This document shows positions 30,419 to 40,719 of a stretch of DNA of 64,000 nt, in pieces; the first letter of the stretch is position 1; each line of letters starts with the position of its first letter. A program made the position numbers and the translations under genes. The DNA comes from a virus. Under the pieces are notes generated by a model. The model searched no databases. It was not told the origin of the DNA and saw only the letters and a list, made by a program, of their open reading frames with translations. The stretch covers positions 66,846 through 130,845 of the IMG/VR virus record IMGVR_UViG_3300023199_000021, one strand, 5' to 3'.

Positions 30419-32044
30419 TTATATACATTGAGTTAGCTTTTGTACCTGCTTAACTAAGAAACTTCCTCGATTTTTGTCGCGGCTACCACGGAGTAACACT
30501 ATCTTTCCGATTTCTACTTTGTCCTTAACCTTTTTCCAGTCGTCCGAAAAGATAGTAACATTATCGAGTGAACATGTTCCGTCGCTGACTCTTAGGAACG
30601 CCATTACTGAACCTTTATTTTTTCCGCCCTTAGTTTTCCATTCACGAACGTCATCTATTTGTGCTGCAATCGCTATTGACTGTGAATCAAATCCTTTGGC
30701 ATACTCACGGCATGTACAGTTGGCATCGCCAATATCATATTCGTCAATTTCTGAACATGTTAGCTCAATACCTAGCAGGTCACGCTCTTGCTTTGCTCTC
30801 CACGCAGGACGATCTTCAAGATCATATGGTGGCTCGGCAAGCGATAGAAGCAAACCTTCAATCAATTCAGTGTGTCGATCTGTGAAGACGCCAGCCTTTT
30901 TGGTTTTACGAATATGGTCGATTAGTTTCTCCAGACCTTCCTTTAGGTTTTTGGAATCGTCTTTAGTTAGAAACTCTCTGTCTCCATCCTTCAATTCTCG
31001 ATAGATATTGAATTGGTATAGCATCTTTTGTCTATTATGTTCATAGCAGTCAAATATGCCTGCTTTAATCATAGACTCAAAAGAGTTACTTTTGATGTAG
31101 CGTCCTAGACGCATCAGGAATTCTTCCCAATCCATCTTTGATACATCATATTTATTATTCTTAACTACACCATAAATCTGGTCAAATACTGAGCGACCTA
31201 CGTTTTTTACGTTGATCAGACCAAATGTGGGGCAATTGTCAATCAAACAAAATTCGGAATTCATGTTAAGAATGCTAGGAGGCCTAACATCAATGTCCAT
31301 TGTTCTCGCGTTATTCACCAATCCGTTTACTTCAAGGAACGGCTTTGGCTTACCGTTTGCGTGTCTTAGATATGAAGTAAAGAAGGCTCTGGGGAAGTGG
31401 GCCTTTGCATATGCTGTTTGATAACCGTTCAAAGCATAGCTTATTGAGTGGGATTTGTTGAACGAATACTTCTGGGACTTTTCGATCCAGCTAAAGATTT
31501 CCTCGGCGTCTTTACGTGAGAACATACCTACCTTCTCAGCACCGTCTAGGAACTCTTTCTTAACTTGGGCCATCAGGTCAACTTTCTTTTTACCGATAGC
31601 CTTACGAAGCGTATCCGCTTGTTGCAGACTGAAACCAGCAACCAGTTGGGCGATTTGCATAGCCTGCTCTTGATATACCAAGATACCATACGTTGTACCA
31701 AGGATAGGTTCTAGTCTGGAATCGAAGTACTTAACTTCGTCTTTACCTGACTTACGATCAATATAGTGTTGTGTTAGAGATTTTCCATCAACAATAGCAT
31801 CACCGCAACCGGGACGGATGATAGCAATAAGGTCTGAAAGTTCTTCAATATCTCTAGGCTTTACTTCCTTTGCCTTACCTTGTCCAAGATTAGACTCTAG
31901 CTGGAATACCCCCTTCGTATTGCCTTCGCAAATCATATCCCATGTACGTCTACAATCGAGAGGAATAGCCTCGATGTTTGGATTGAATATAGGCAGACCT
32001 TTCTTGTTCTGTTCAAATACACAACCGCAAGGAAATTCAATCAT
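30419..32044 (-). CDS. dnaE: DNA polymerase III alpha, C-terminal part
   Basis: TKGVFQLES, IRPG, TYGILVYQEQ, LRKAIGKK, YSFNKSHS, HhH and OB fold. Confidence 0.92.
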   Translation of the reverse strand: MIEFPCGCVFEQNKKGLPIFNPNIEAIPLDCRRTWDMICEGNTKGVFQLESNLGQGKAKEVKPRDIEELSDLIAIIRPGCGDAIVDGKSLTQHYIDRKSGKDEVKYFDSRLEPILGTTYGILVYQEQAMQIAQLVAGFSLQQADTLRKAIGKKKVDLMAQVKKEFLDGAEKVGMFSRKDAEEIFSWIEKSQKYSFNKSHSISYALNGYQTAYAKAHFPRAFFTSYLRHANGKPKPFLEVNGLVNNARTMDIDVRPPSILNMNSEFCLIDNCPTFGLINVKNVGRSVFDQIYGVVKNNKYDVSKMDWEEFLMRLGRYIKSNSFESMIKAGIFDCYEHNRQKMLYQFNIYRELKDGDREFLTKDDSKNLKEGLEKLIDHIRKTKKAGVFTDRHTELIEGLLLSLAEPPYDLEDRPAWRAKQERDLLGIELTCSEIDEYDIGDANCTCREYAKGFDSQSIAIAAQIDDVREWKTKGGKNKGSVMAFLRVSDGTCSLDNVTIFSDDWKKVKDKVEIGKIVLLRGSRDKNRGSFLVKQVQKLTQCI

Positions 32045-32262
32045 TCTAATAGCTCTCTATCGTCGCTCAATTCACAGATTAAGGTTATGATCTGGGCCGA
32101 TCCCGGCTTCCATCTGTTATACATATAACTGCTTTTGGCATACACCTTTTCCGTAAAGGTACGGGCATCGTCCAGTTTTTCTACCCGGTGGATATTTCTA
32201 GTGTTTCCGCCTAAAAAGTGTTTATCCCTAAGTCTTTGTATCGCAAACTTCTTGGTAATCAT
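32041..32262 (-). CDS. Hypothetical protein
   Basis: 73-aa ORF coupled to both neighbours by ATGA overlaps. Confidence 0.55.
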   Translation of the reverse strand: MITKKFAIQRLRDKHFLGGNTRNIHRVEKLDDARTFTEKVYAKSSYMYNRWKPGSAQIITLICELSDDRELLE

Positions 32263-32954
32263 TGTATGTCCACTCCAGCGAACGATCCCTTAAACTTGTC
32301 AACTCTGGACTGCTTACGATGGAACTTCATGAAACGTGTGACGATAGCTGATTCTTCGTATACGTCAGTCAAAGCATCGTGGGCAATACCGCCCTTGAGT
32401 TTAATCTCAAAGAACTCACGCCATGTGTCCATCTTGAAGTCGTATGGCTCGTCCAAATTTTCAAACCACCAGAACAACATATCCATCGCATCCAGCTTGG
32501 TCACTTCTGAGAATGGCATCTTTGTCTTGTGCTTTTTGGCAAGACGCTGAGCGATTGGAATGTCGAACCCTGTAATATTATACCCTGCTGGTATCGGTTC
32601 AGGGAACCATTGTCCCGGTCTTTTGTCAACAACGTACTTGGAGGCGTAGGTGCAAAAGTTTTTCCATGCAACCTTTTCAGCTACTCCACCTTTCCATTTT
32701 TCAATAACTTCTTCTGGTGTAATCCCGTAGTTGTCGGCGTGCCATTGAATAGTTTTTTCTCGCTTGGGAACATCAAAGTACTCTGGCTTATCAATCCCCG
32801 GCGGCTTAATCATTACGTTGAATGCTTGATCTTTCTTAACGTCTAACGTCTCAGGATCAATAGGTACTGCCGCTAACTGTACGACATTACATTCATCCTT
32901 ATTCGGTAGATCAGTTTCAAAGTCAAAGCATAGAATCCATCTGTTATTTTTCAT
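32259..32954 (-). CDS. DEDDh 3'-5' exonuclease (DnaQ-like)
   Basis: FDFETD, GYNITGFD, AHDALTD; start MKNNRW. Confidence 0.85.
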   Translation of the reverse strand: MKNNRWILCFDFETDLPNKDECNVVQLAAVPIDPETLDVKKDQAFNVMIKPPGIDKPEYFDVPKREKTIQWHADNYGITPEEVIEKWKGGVAEKVAWKNFCTYASKYVVDKRPGQWFPEPIPAGYNITGFDIPIAQRLAKKHKTKMPFSEVTKLDAMDMLFWWFENLDEPYDFKMDTWREFFEIKLKGGIAHDALTDVYEESAIVTRFMKFHRKQSRVDKFKGSFAGVDIQ

Positions 32955-33151
32955 CTTGAACACCCACAAGTACAAAATCCACAAAGCGGCGTACCGCATA
33001 CTAAACTGCCAGCCATAGGGCAACCTTTTATTGCCTGAGTCTTTTTACAAACAAAACATTTCTTTCCGTCATGCTCTGCACAATACTTGCTGCCTTTAAC
33101 GGTAGGCTTATTGCATGGGCCATACCAAGGCATATCGTATTCACACTTCAA
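32951..33151 (-). CDS. Small Cys-rich Zn-finger protein
   Basis: 66 aa; YCAEH, CFVC, LVCGTPLC. Confidence 0.6.
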   Translation of the reverse strand: MKCEYDMPWYGPCNKPTVKGSKYCAEHDGKKCFVCKKTQAIKGCPMAGSLVCGTPLCGFCTCGCSR

Positions 33152-33353
33152 TGGCTGGCTCCACTGCTAATTGATCGAATTGCATTTTACCTGCCTTGTC
33201 TTTGATATGCTGCTCCGTAGTCCCATCTTCTTCCTTGAGTTGGTGATCAAAAGACTTACAGATTTCGGTCCACATTTCCGGTGTGACCGTCACACGTACT
33301 ATGCCGGGATACTTGGAGGCAAGCCTTAGCATATCATTTCTGAAATTTAACAT
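33141..33353 (-). CDS. Hypothetical protein
   Basis: 70-aa coupled ORF. Confidence 0.5.
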   Translation of the reverse strand: MLNFRNDMLRLASKYPGIVRVTVTPEMWTEICKSFDHQLKEEDGTTEQHIKDKAGKMQFDQLAVEPAIEV

Positions 33354-35239
33354 ATATCTTCTCCAGCTACAATTTTAACAGTGTCCATAACCTTGTCCAA
33401 AGAACGAGTAGCCAAGCAGTCTAGCTTAAGTAGACCTGCCGATTCGCAACTTGGACCTTCGTATCCAGCACGATACTCTTTACCTTTGGAATCCAAAATC
33501 ATTGGACAAGAAGCACTAATTGGCTTGTTTGAGATAACCACACCCGCAGCGTGAGTACCCATAATAATCTTGGTATGCTCTAGACGAATGGCTTGTTCAA
33601 ATACTTTCGCCATCTTTCCTTCCAGCTTACCATCGTCTCCGATATGACACCACGCTTTTAGCTTACCGGGAGTATTTTCCAAGGCCCATAGGATACTAGA
33701 AGAATAACCGTATTCGTTTTCGATATCCTTTAATTCGTCAGAAACACTAGCTGGTTCAGGCAGAACCTTAGTAATAGCCTTTTGTTCGTCAAACGAAATA
33801 CTACCACGAGCTGCCATAGTTCTGGTCAAAGCTGCCTTACCCTTCAATGTTTGGAAGGTAATGATTTGGGCAACATTTTCTTCACCATACTTTTGACGAA
33901 TGTATTCAATTGTTTCTTCTCTAGCTGCTTTTGGAATATCAAAGTCAATATCAGGCCAAGAGATTTTCCCCGGTGCGTTACGGCCAGCATTGTAGAATCG
34001 CTCAAAGATCAAGTGATACGGGATAGGATCAACCTGAGTGATACCCAAAAGGTTAGAAACCATACAACCAGCAGCGGAACCACGACCAACTCCGGTGATG
34101 TACCCTTTATTACGCACGAAATTAAGAATATCATCCACAATAAGGAAGTAACTAGATAGGCCGATAGAAGTAAAGACCTCCAACTCATGATTGGTTCTTT
34201 CTCCGTACTGATTAAATTTAGGGTGATTTGAATATACTATATGAGCCATACGCTCTTTCCAGCCCTCCGCACATAGCTTGCGAAGGTATTGCCCTGGGGT
34301 TAGACCGTCTGGACATTTGAATTCGGGGGGTTGTGGTGACTGCAAAATACTATAGTCATCACACATATCTCTGATGACATTAGTGTTAGACAGTTCTTCC
34401 TCTGAATGGAACCCCAACATATCCTCATAAGATGGAATGTGGTAGTTATCTGATCGGAAAAACGTAATCAAGGAACGATTAGCGGTACCAGCTTTTAATT
34501 CTCGCTGTACTTGTCCTATGGTCTTTTTAAAGTAGGTGCAAAGCAGAACTCTTTGATCCTCAGCATCTTCCCTTTCGCAATAGTGAGCGTCCGGTGTAGC
34601 AACACATGGGATGCCTGTAGTTTTTGAAATTTGTCTAAGAGCATTGCCTACTTGACCCGCAAGCTTGTTTATCTTGGAATCAATTAATTGAATTTCAATA
34701 AAGAAGTTGCCCTTACCAAAGATACCTTCCAGGGTCTTAGCCATGTACATGCCCCTCTTCATCCAATCAGGGGCTAGCTTTTCTCCATCGGTAATAGCGT
34801 GAGCTAGAATAGAACCTAAGTGTCCGCTGAAAGATACCAAGTTGCCTTGACTAGCCGCCATAGCTAGAAGGTCGATATCGACTCTTGGCTTATGATAGAA
34901 GTGTTCTTTTTTGTTGGCAGCAGATACTAGTCCCAACAAGTCACGCCAACCCTGTAGGTTCTTGGCGATTACAACTTGGTGGCTTAGCTTTCTGTTTTCT
35001 TTATTTCTTTCGGTTGCTGGTGCTGTCATGCAGACATACATTTCACAACCTAGCAATGGCTTTAGCCCAGCGTCATGCATTTCTTGAGAAAAGTCAATGG
35101 CTCCCGACACGGAACCATGATCGGTTAGGGCACACGCATTCGCTCCAATCTTTTTTGTACGCTCTGCAATATCTTCACACTTGCTTAAACCGTCAAGCAA
35201 GCTGTACTCAGAGTGAACATGTAGTGGCGTGTATGACAT
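33347..35239 (-). CDS. dnaE: DNA polymerase III alpha, N-terminal part (PHP + palm)
   Basis: LHVHSEYSLLDG, TDHG, GRGSAAG, FERF, PDIDFD, HAAGVVI, LLKLD; start MSYTP. Confidence 0.92.
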   Translation of the reverse strand: MSYTPLHVHSEYSLLDGLSKCEDIAERTKKIGANACALTDHGSVSGAIDFSQEMHDAGLKPLLGCEMYVCMTAPATERNKENRKLSHQVVIAKNLQGWRDLLGLVSAANKKEHFYHKPRVDIDLLAMAASQGNLVSFSGHLGSILAHAITDGEKLAPDWMKRGMYMAKTLEGIFGKGNFFIEIQLIDSKINKLAGQVGNALRQISKTTGIPCVATPDAHYCEREDAEDQRVLLCTYFKKTIGQVQRELKAGTANRSLITFFRSDNYHIPSYEDMLGFHSEEELSNTNVIRDMCDDYSILQSPQPPEFKCPDGLTPGQYLRKLCAEGWKERMAHIVYSNHPKFNQYGERTNHELEVFTSIGLSSYFLIVDDILNFVRNKGYITGVGRGSAAGCMVSNLLGITQVDPIPYHLIFERFYNAGRNAPGKISWPDIDFDIPKAAREETIEYIRQKYGEENVAQIITFQTLKGKAALTRTMAARGSISFDEQKAITKVLPEPASVSDELKDIENEYGYSSSILWALENTPGKLKAWCHIGDDGKLEGKMAKVFEQAIRLEHTKIIMGTHAAGVVISNKPISASCPMILDSKGKEYRAGYEGPSCESAGLLKLDCLATRSLDKVMDTVKIVAGEDIC

Positions 35240-35240
35240 T

Positions 35241-35380
35241 TTACCCATTAGCAATACGCTCCCAAACCCATAGAACCAATTCAATTAACTTCCACAATCC
35301 AAGTGTGGAACAAATAAAACACAAAGAACAAATAGGCATCCGATCAAATGACCGATGCCTTTGAAAGCATTACTATCCAT
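35241..35380 (-). pseudogene. Small membrane protein with 2-nt (CA) duplication frameshift
   Basis: MDSNAFKGIGHLIGCLFVLCVLFVP and LGLWKLIELVLWVWERIANG* join if one CA of CCACACTT (~35303) is removed. Confidence 0.55.
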
Positions 35381-36500
35381 CCTTTTTATCTTTCTTATCT
35401 AGTACGTTGTTTCCGTCTTGTATTTTGCCGCCACCTTGACCGTACTTACCGTGTACGTGATCTGGGTGAGTGTAGTTGTCAGTTACCCAATCAATACCCT
35501 TCTTCTTGATCATATACCTGATCTGCTCACACTTACTCATTGTTTCACCGTACTTGGTATATTGACCAACTCGTTTTTCAACGATAGGTTCTACGTGTGT
35601 GTCTTCAAAGGTTGTCATGCCAGCGTGACAAAGTTTGCGACATTTCCAACCCTGAGAGGGGTCTATCTGTCTAATTATACTCGGTTCCTCGGTCTGCTGG
35701 ATGACTTCGTATCGTTTGCGGATCATTTGCTCGGTTTTTTCCAGATCAGAATCTTGGAAGTGAACCGTAAAAGCACCACCGTCATTGATAAACATGATAG
35801 TAACCAAGAAGGTATGGACATCTGGGTACATCTGTTTTACAGCATAATGGTACAGTCGAAGCTGTGCGTCAGAGAAAAGCTTGTGTTGATCTTTCGTTTT
35901 ACCAGTAGCCCAGTCTAATCTACGGCCAGTCTTCCAGTCAATCACTTCGTAGACACCATCGCCAACGTCGGTAATCAAGTCGATAGTTCCTTTGAGTGCT
36001 AAGCGACCTTTCAATCCGTGTTCTGGATACTCATAGTTCGCCCAATCGAATGGCATTTCAAAGTCGAAGTGAGGTTCGGCATCTACCACGTTACGATTAC
36101 GTGGATCAAACATACCGTCTCTGTACTTCAATGCCTTCCATGCCCAATTCAAACAGTCTTCGAAGTCTTTATCCGTCCAAGCATGACGCCCTTTGTGATA
36201 ATCAAACTTTTTTGTGTAGAACTGGTAGGCCCGTGCCGCAACCGCAGCTAGGTATTCTGGGCCATAATTGTCAGTTAAAACTTCTCCGATATCTTCATCG
36301 TCGATTACTGCCAATCCATCTTGTGACGCCTTCTTGCAAAGGGCACAGATTTCCAGTATCTTGTGTGTAATGGTTCCTTTGTCAGCTTTTTTATTGCCTT
36401 GTCCACGCAGGCCCAATACATATTCGGAGTAGAATTGCATAGGACAGAAACGGTGGCAGTTGAAGGAACTACTTCTAAAGTAAACAATTGGTATTCCCAT
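35373..36500 (-). CDS. Cas4/AddB-like PD-(D/E)XK exonuclease
   Basis: FCP, GTITH, GTIDL, IDWKTG, QLRLY, C-terminal Cys. Confidence 0.85.
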   Translation of the reverse strand: MGIPIVYFRSSSFNCHRFCPMQFYSEYVLGLRGQGNKKADKGTITHKILEICALCKKASQDGLAVIDDEDIGEVLTDNYGPEYLAAVAARAYQFYTKKFDYHKGRHAWTDKDFEDCLNWAWKALKYRDGMFDPRNRNVVDAEPHFDFEMPFDWANYEYPEHGLKGRLALKGTIDLITDVGDGVYEVIDWKTGRRLDWATGKTKDQHKLFSDAQLRLYHYAVKQMYPDVHTFLVTIMFINDGGAFTVHFQDSDLEKTEQMIRKRYEVIQQTEEPSIIRQIDPSQGWKCRKLCHAGMTTFEDTHVEPIVEKRVGQYTKYGETMSKCEQIRYMIKKKGIDWVTDNYTHPDHVHGKYGQGGGKIQDGNNVLDKKDKKDG

Positions 36501-36501
36501 A

Positions 36502-36752
36502 TTAATCCTCAAGAGGCCATTTAGTGTAAACGTCTTTTTCGTTGCATACTCTGCAAACCTTTACTGTTACCTTCCACCACTTGCCGTATCCGTTATCACA
36601 ATTTTCTTCATATGTTCTGTAAAAATGGTGTTTACAGCCTAACTCGTCAATCTTTTTTTTTCGAGTTTTCGAACCTTAGCTATAGCGATGGCTGCTTCCT
36701 TGTTCATATCGTCAAGGTGATCAAGGTATTTCTTTTCTTCCGCACAACCCAT
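36502..36752 (-). pseudogene. 83-aa Zn-ribbon-like protein interrupted by frameshift in A9 run
   Basis: MGCAEEKK...KLEK then, in the -1 frame, KIDELGCKHH...CRVCNEKDVYTKWPLED*; fills the gap between neighbours exactly. Confidence 0.6.
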
Positions 36753-36753
36753 C

Positions 36754-37605
36754 TTATACTCCTAGATCGGTCAAATGCTTACAGCCAGCTTGCTTCAAAG
36801 CCATATAAACTTCTCGGTTCTGATCGCCAATGCTAAGGTGTCCGTTCTGAATGATCTTATCACACAGTTGTAAGTTGACCTGTTCGCTGGCGTGAGTATC
36901 TTTTGACTGGAAGATATCTCTTTCCAGACCAATAATGATTACGCCTGCCTTTTGAAGCAGGGCGATTTCGTTGTCAAATCTTACATCGCAGACTAGGGCT
37001 AGTTGCGGTTTATCATTTTCAATTCTTCTAACCAATGCATCAATCCATACGGTATCATACATGCGTCGGAAGATTTCAGTACCCATGAATTGAAGTACAT
37101 CACGAATAGTCATTGGTCCCGGCTCATGATATATCATCGGGATCAAAAAGTCATCGCCTTCTGTCTTGTGGTAATAGTACCCTGGCCTACCTTCAACTTC
37201 TTCAAAGATTCTGTTTGGAATCGGTTGGGTCACGACCCCCGGCATATTTTCCCACAACAAATGGGTTTCGGCCATCTTGTCCACATCTGTTCCATATACC
37301 TTATCTTCTGGTAGCCCAAGAATGTCGATAGCGACCCTCTTAAGACCGTCAGCAAGGGCATAGATTTTAACTGCGTTCAGTTCGTTTAAAACCGCCCCGG
37401 TGTTGACCGGTGGATTTTTAAAAAGGAACCAATCCTTGTCCGGTAAAGTATCTCCAAAGATATCACTTACCTCGATTTCACCGTCATCATTGAGTCGAGC
37501 GTTCTTACAGACGCCATTTTCCAACAACTTAAGCATAGTCAAAAAGTTACAGCAAGTGTTCTTGCCGCTTTGTTTCTTTCCTGCAAATCCAATAATCTGT
37601 GTCAT
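36754..37605 (-). CDS. Deoxynucleoside monophosphate kinase
   Basis: GFAGKKQSGKNT, RDVLQFMGTE, DVRFDNE, HASE. Confidence 0.85.
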   Translation of the reverse strand: MTQIIGFAGKKQSGKNTCCNFLTMLKLLENGVCKNARLNDDGEIEVSDIFGDTLPDKDWFLFKNPPVNTGAVLNELNAVKIYALADGLKRVAIDILGLPEDKVYGTDVDKMAETHLLWENMPGVVTQPIPNRIFEEVEGRPGYYYHKTEGDDFLIPMIYHEPGPMTIRDVLQFMGTEIFRRMYDTVWIDALVRRIENDKPQLALVCDVRFDNEIALLQKAGVIIIGLERDIFQSKDTHASEQVNLQLCDKIIQNGHLSIGDQNREVYMALKQAGCKHLTDLGV

Positions 37606-38750
37606 AGCGAATATACTTCCTTTGCTTGTTCAATCCAAGGTTTGATATCCTCGGTTACTTCGTTGGTACTCATTTCACCTACATCGTTCTTGTTAATGTC
37701 AACAATATAGGCTCTGTAGGATCGTTCACATTGTTCTTTGATCTTCTCAGCGGCAGCTTGTCCAGCACCGTTCTCGTCGTTATCCATAATCAGAATGATC
37801 GTCAAAGCACCTGACTCGTCGATCAATTGTTTTTGCGGAGGATTTAAACTGGTTCCAAAGAGTGCTACTGAATTGTGAATACCGGCTTCTTCTAATCTCC
37901 AGACATTTCCCGGCGATTCTACTAACACAATTATACCGCTTTCTTGAATATGCGGCCTAGCTTTCCAGTAATTATACAGACATTTTTCCTTTTGGAAACC
38001 TTTTGTATGTCTCCACTTAGGGAAATGGTGACAGCCTTTATCTGGATTGTGATAAGAGTTGCATTCTTCGCACTTTTCAAAGATGCTTCTACCAGTAAAA
38101 CCGATGATCATTTCTCCGGTATCATCGTAAACTGGAACAACAGCCCTGTTGAAGAAAGGCTTGCCGTAAGTCTTACATGTTCCTACGTCATAATCGTCTA
38201 ATACCTCAATACTGTATCCTCGTTCAAGATAGTATTGGGATGGAATCTCCACCTTGTCACGGTAGAATTCACGACTGATGTTTCCTTTGATTTTGTTTTC
38301 GCTACCTAGAGCGTCAACTACTTTGCAGAACTCATGATTACCAACGTCAACCTTTTCACCTTTGATCTTCCAAAAGTCCAGCTTGAACTTGTCAAGCAAG
38401 AACTCAATCGTTTGATCAAACGTAATCATTTTATCTCCCGGCACACTCCAGTCGTATTTGATATGCGATAGGCCACCGCGAATCATACTTAATAGAGAAG
38501 TACCGAAATGTGCTTCGCAACCATGAGTCCTGCACTTGTAGTGAATGCGATAGTCCGCATTGTAGTACAGGTTTAGAGCGGTCTTATTGTCCCCACCGTG
38601 AATGAAACATGTGGAGAAATACACCTTCTGTCCCTTATAATAGGGAGCCTCAAAGTAGTCATAGATATTCTCAATGTGTTCTAATACAATATTGGTCAAA
38701 GCATTAAGCTTGGCCTGATCTTTGTATTTAGAAGGCAATGTCTTCTTCAT
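37602..38750 (-). CDS. dnaG: DNA primase (DnaG-like, Zn finger + TOPRIM)
   Basis: CFIHGGDN..CRTHGC, GFTGR, LVESPG, MDND..G; exact start uncertain. Confidence 0.85.
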   Translation of the reverse strand: MKKTLPSKYKDQAKLNALTNIVLEHIENIYDYFEAPYYKGQKVYFSTCFIHGGDNKTALNLYYNADYRIHYKCRTHGCEAHFGTSLLSMIRGGLSHIKYDWSVPGDKMITFDQTIEFLLDKFKLDFWKIKGEKVDVGNHEFCKVVDALGSENKIKGNISREFYRDKVEIPSQYYLERGYSIEVLDDYDVGTCKTYGKPFFNRAVVPVYDDTGEMIIGFTGRSIFEKCEECNSYHNPDKGCHHFPKWRHTKGFQKEKCLYNYWKARPHIQESGIIVLVESPGNVWRLEEAGIHNSVALFGTSLNPPQKQLIDESGALTIILIMDNDENGAGQAAAEKIKEQCERSYRAYIVDINKNDVGEMSTNEVTEDIKPWIEQAKEVYSL

Positions 38751-40182
38751 CGTCGTCATCTTCCTCAACATATGAGCCTCCGTCATTCAGTTCGTATGCT
38801 GTTTTTCCTTCGATTAGTTTAGCGTACTGACCCTTCATCAATACATTGATATAGTCTCCGCTTTCCAAACCTTCGCCGTGACGTGCGATCACAGGAACCA
38901 GTTTTCGGTTTCCATGTTCTTCACCGTCTTTGGCGATTTCTTCATCTGACTTTTGCTTGTAGATTGTAAAGTTCGAGCATAGCCAGATAACACGGTCGGA
39001 ACCACTAGCGGTATCTGTTGACTCTTTTGTAATACCGTCCCTGTTCAACTGAATGAATGTCAGGATCGGAATCTCGTATCTCAAAGCAAAGTTGTGCAAT
39101 GAGGTCATCATGAAACCTAACGCTTGAAACTCGGCTAGGTCGCCTCGAATCTTAGTAGAATCCATCAGTTTCAAATAGTCATAGATAACGACACAATCGT
39201 TAGCCTTACCTTGATCATTTAATCCTACTACGCGAGCCAACCATCTACGCATAATAGATAGCTGATCCTCAAAGGGCTTACCACCGATGTTCTTGTGGTA
39301 GTAAGGAACCTTCTTATATTTCTTACCTTCTTCAATCAGTTTTGTTTTACGAAAGTCGTTATTCGCAAACTGACCGGTTTCGATTTCAGCGATTGTAGAC
39401 TTACCATTAGTACCGTATGAAATCATCGCAGCACCACGGTCTTTGTGGTCTTTAATTCTCATTTCGGTATCAAGGTCCAATACAGGTATACCTCGCTTAG
39501 CAATATCAATACCCATATTCATAGCCATAAGTGTCTTACCCGTTTTAGGTCGGGCACCTATGACATTAACAGTACCACGTCGGAGGCCACCACCAATTGC
39601 AAAGTCGTACTTGGTGAAGCCGGTAGCAATACCTACCTGATCTACCTTATTGTTAGCTCGTTCTTCAAGGTAATCGTCAATGTCTCCGAACACCAATTCT
39701 GGTGCTTCATCATGGTCATTGAGCAATGAAGTAAAGTCAAAGATAGATTCTTCGGCCATACCGAGGATATGCGAAATAGACTCGTCACCTTTAACGTGCA
39801 TATACTTGTCTTTGGTCGCTTCTAATTGATCGACCATCAATCGTGAGATTTGAAGCTTACGAATCTTTGCCGCAAACTTTCTCACGTTATCAAGCAGCCC
39901 CGGAAATTTCAGTACTGCTCCCAAGTGGGATAGTTCGTTGTTATTGTTAAAGTAATCTCCCAATCCCAGTTCTCTTGCAGAAGATAGAATTGAGGGAACA
40001 TCAATTTTTCTTGTGTCGTCTTCTTCAAGTAGTCGCTTAACACAAGTGTAAATAACAGAATTTGACTCTACAGTAAAAGTAGACTCGTCAATGATATCTG
40101 CTACATCGTAATATGCCTCGGCACCATGCCTGCATATTCCTGAGATTACAGCACGTTCTGCTGCTGGATCGGATAGTATCAT
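38728..40182 (-). CDS. dnaB: Replicative DNA helicase
   Basis: GARPKTGKT, DTEM, YDYLKLM, QLNR, ARHG. Confidence 0.92.
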   Translation of the reverse strand: MILSDPAAERAVISGICRHGAEAYYDVADIIDESTFTVESNSVIYTCVKRLLEEDDTRKIDVPSILSSARELGLGDYFNNNNELSHLGAVLKFPGLLDNVRKFAAKIRKLQISRLMVDQLEATKDKYMHVKGDESISHILGMAEESIFDFTSLLNDHDEAPELVFGDIDDYLEERANNKVDQVGIATGFTKYDFAIGGGLRRGTVNVIGARPKTGKTLMAMNMGIDIAKRGIPVLDLDTEMRIKDHKDRGAAMISYGTNGKSTIAEIETGQFANNDFRKTKLIEEGKKYKKVPYYHKNIGGKPFEDQLSIMRRWLARVVGLNDQGKANDCVVIYDYLKLMDSTKIRGDLAEFQALGFMMTSLHNFALRYEIPILTFIQLNRDGITKESTDTASGSDRVIWLCSNFTIYKQKSDEEIAKDGEEHGNRKLVPVIARHGEGLESGDYINVLMKGQYAKLIEGKTAYELNDGGSYVEEDDDDEEDIAF

Positions 40183-40185
40183 ACT

Positions 40186-40719
40186 TTAGTACCCCGGTTG
40201 AGTTGAACATTCATTACATTTCCATCGTCTTGCATCATGAACCATAGATGCGGACACGGTTTCTTCTTCACCGCATACGCAACATTCAACATCAACTAGG
40301 CTGTTGCCTCTACTCTGCTTTTTGAATCTGGGTTTAACACTTCTTGCTTTTTCATCTGCTTCTTTTGCCTCCGCTAACTCGCGTTGTTCCCCGGTGTCCA
40401 ACGCAACATTGTCAATCAAATCTTCAAATTTATTTGGCCGGTTCTCATAAATGTCCATCGGCAAGACTCTGCATTGCTTGCCTTTAGATATTCTACCACG
40501 CCTTTTGCGTTTCTTGTCAGTGGTTTTCTCTTTTTTTTCTTGACGCTGCTTTTTGGCGTGTCCGCTACCCCTTCTATTGTTGATCGTGTGGGTGTGCGTG
40601 TCCTGTTCTGCTTGAGCCGCCTCGACCACTTCTTCTTCGTCGCCATCATCTAATAGTTCTTCTAGTTCTTCTTCGCTAAGCTTCTCAAGCAGCTTGGCTA
40701 TTAGCTTTTTCTTACTCAT
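40186..40719 (-). CDS. Hypothetical protein with C-terminal Zn ribbon
   Basis: CCVCG...KCNEC. Confidence 0.6.
   Translation of the reverse strand: MSKKKLIAKLLEKLSEEELEELLDDGDEEEVVEAAQAEQDTHTHTINNRRGSGHAKKQRQEKKEKTTDKKRKRRGRISKGKQCRVLPMDIYENRPNKFEDLIDNVALDTGEQRELAEAKEADEKARSVKPRFKKQSRGNSLVDVECCVCGEEETVSASMVHDARRWKCNECSTQPGY

Noticed and set aside
32044-33347. Split intein or intron joining the dnaE halves
   Set aside because: No intein terminal motifs; the interval is filled with ordinary coupled ORFs
35373-36500. Cas4-like nuclease as part of a CRISPR-Cas system
   Set aside because: No repeat-spacer array or other cas genes seen; such nucleases are common in phage replication modules
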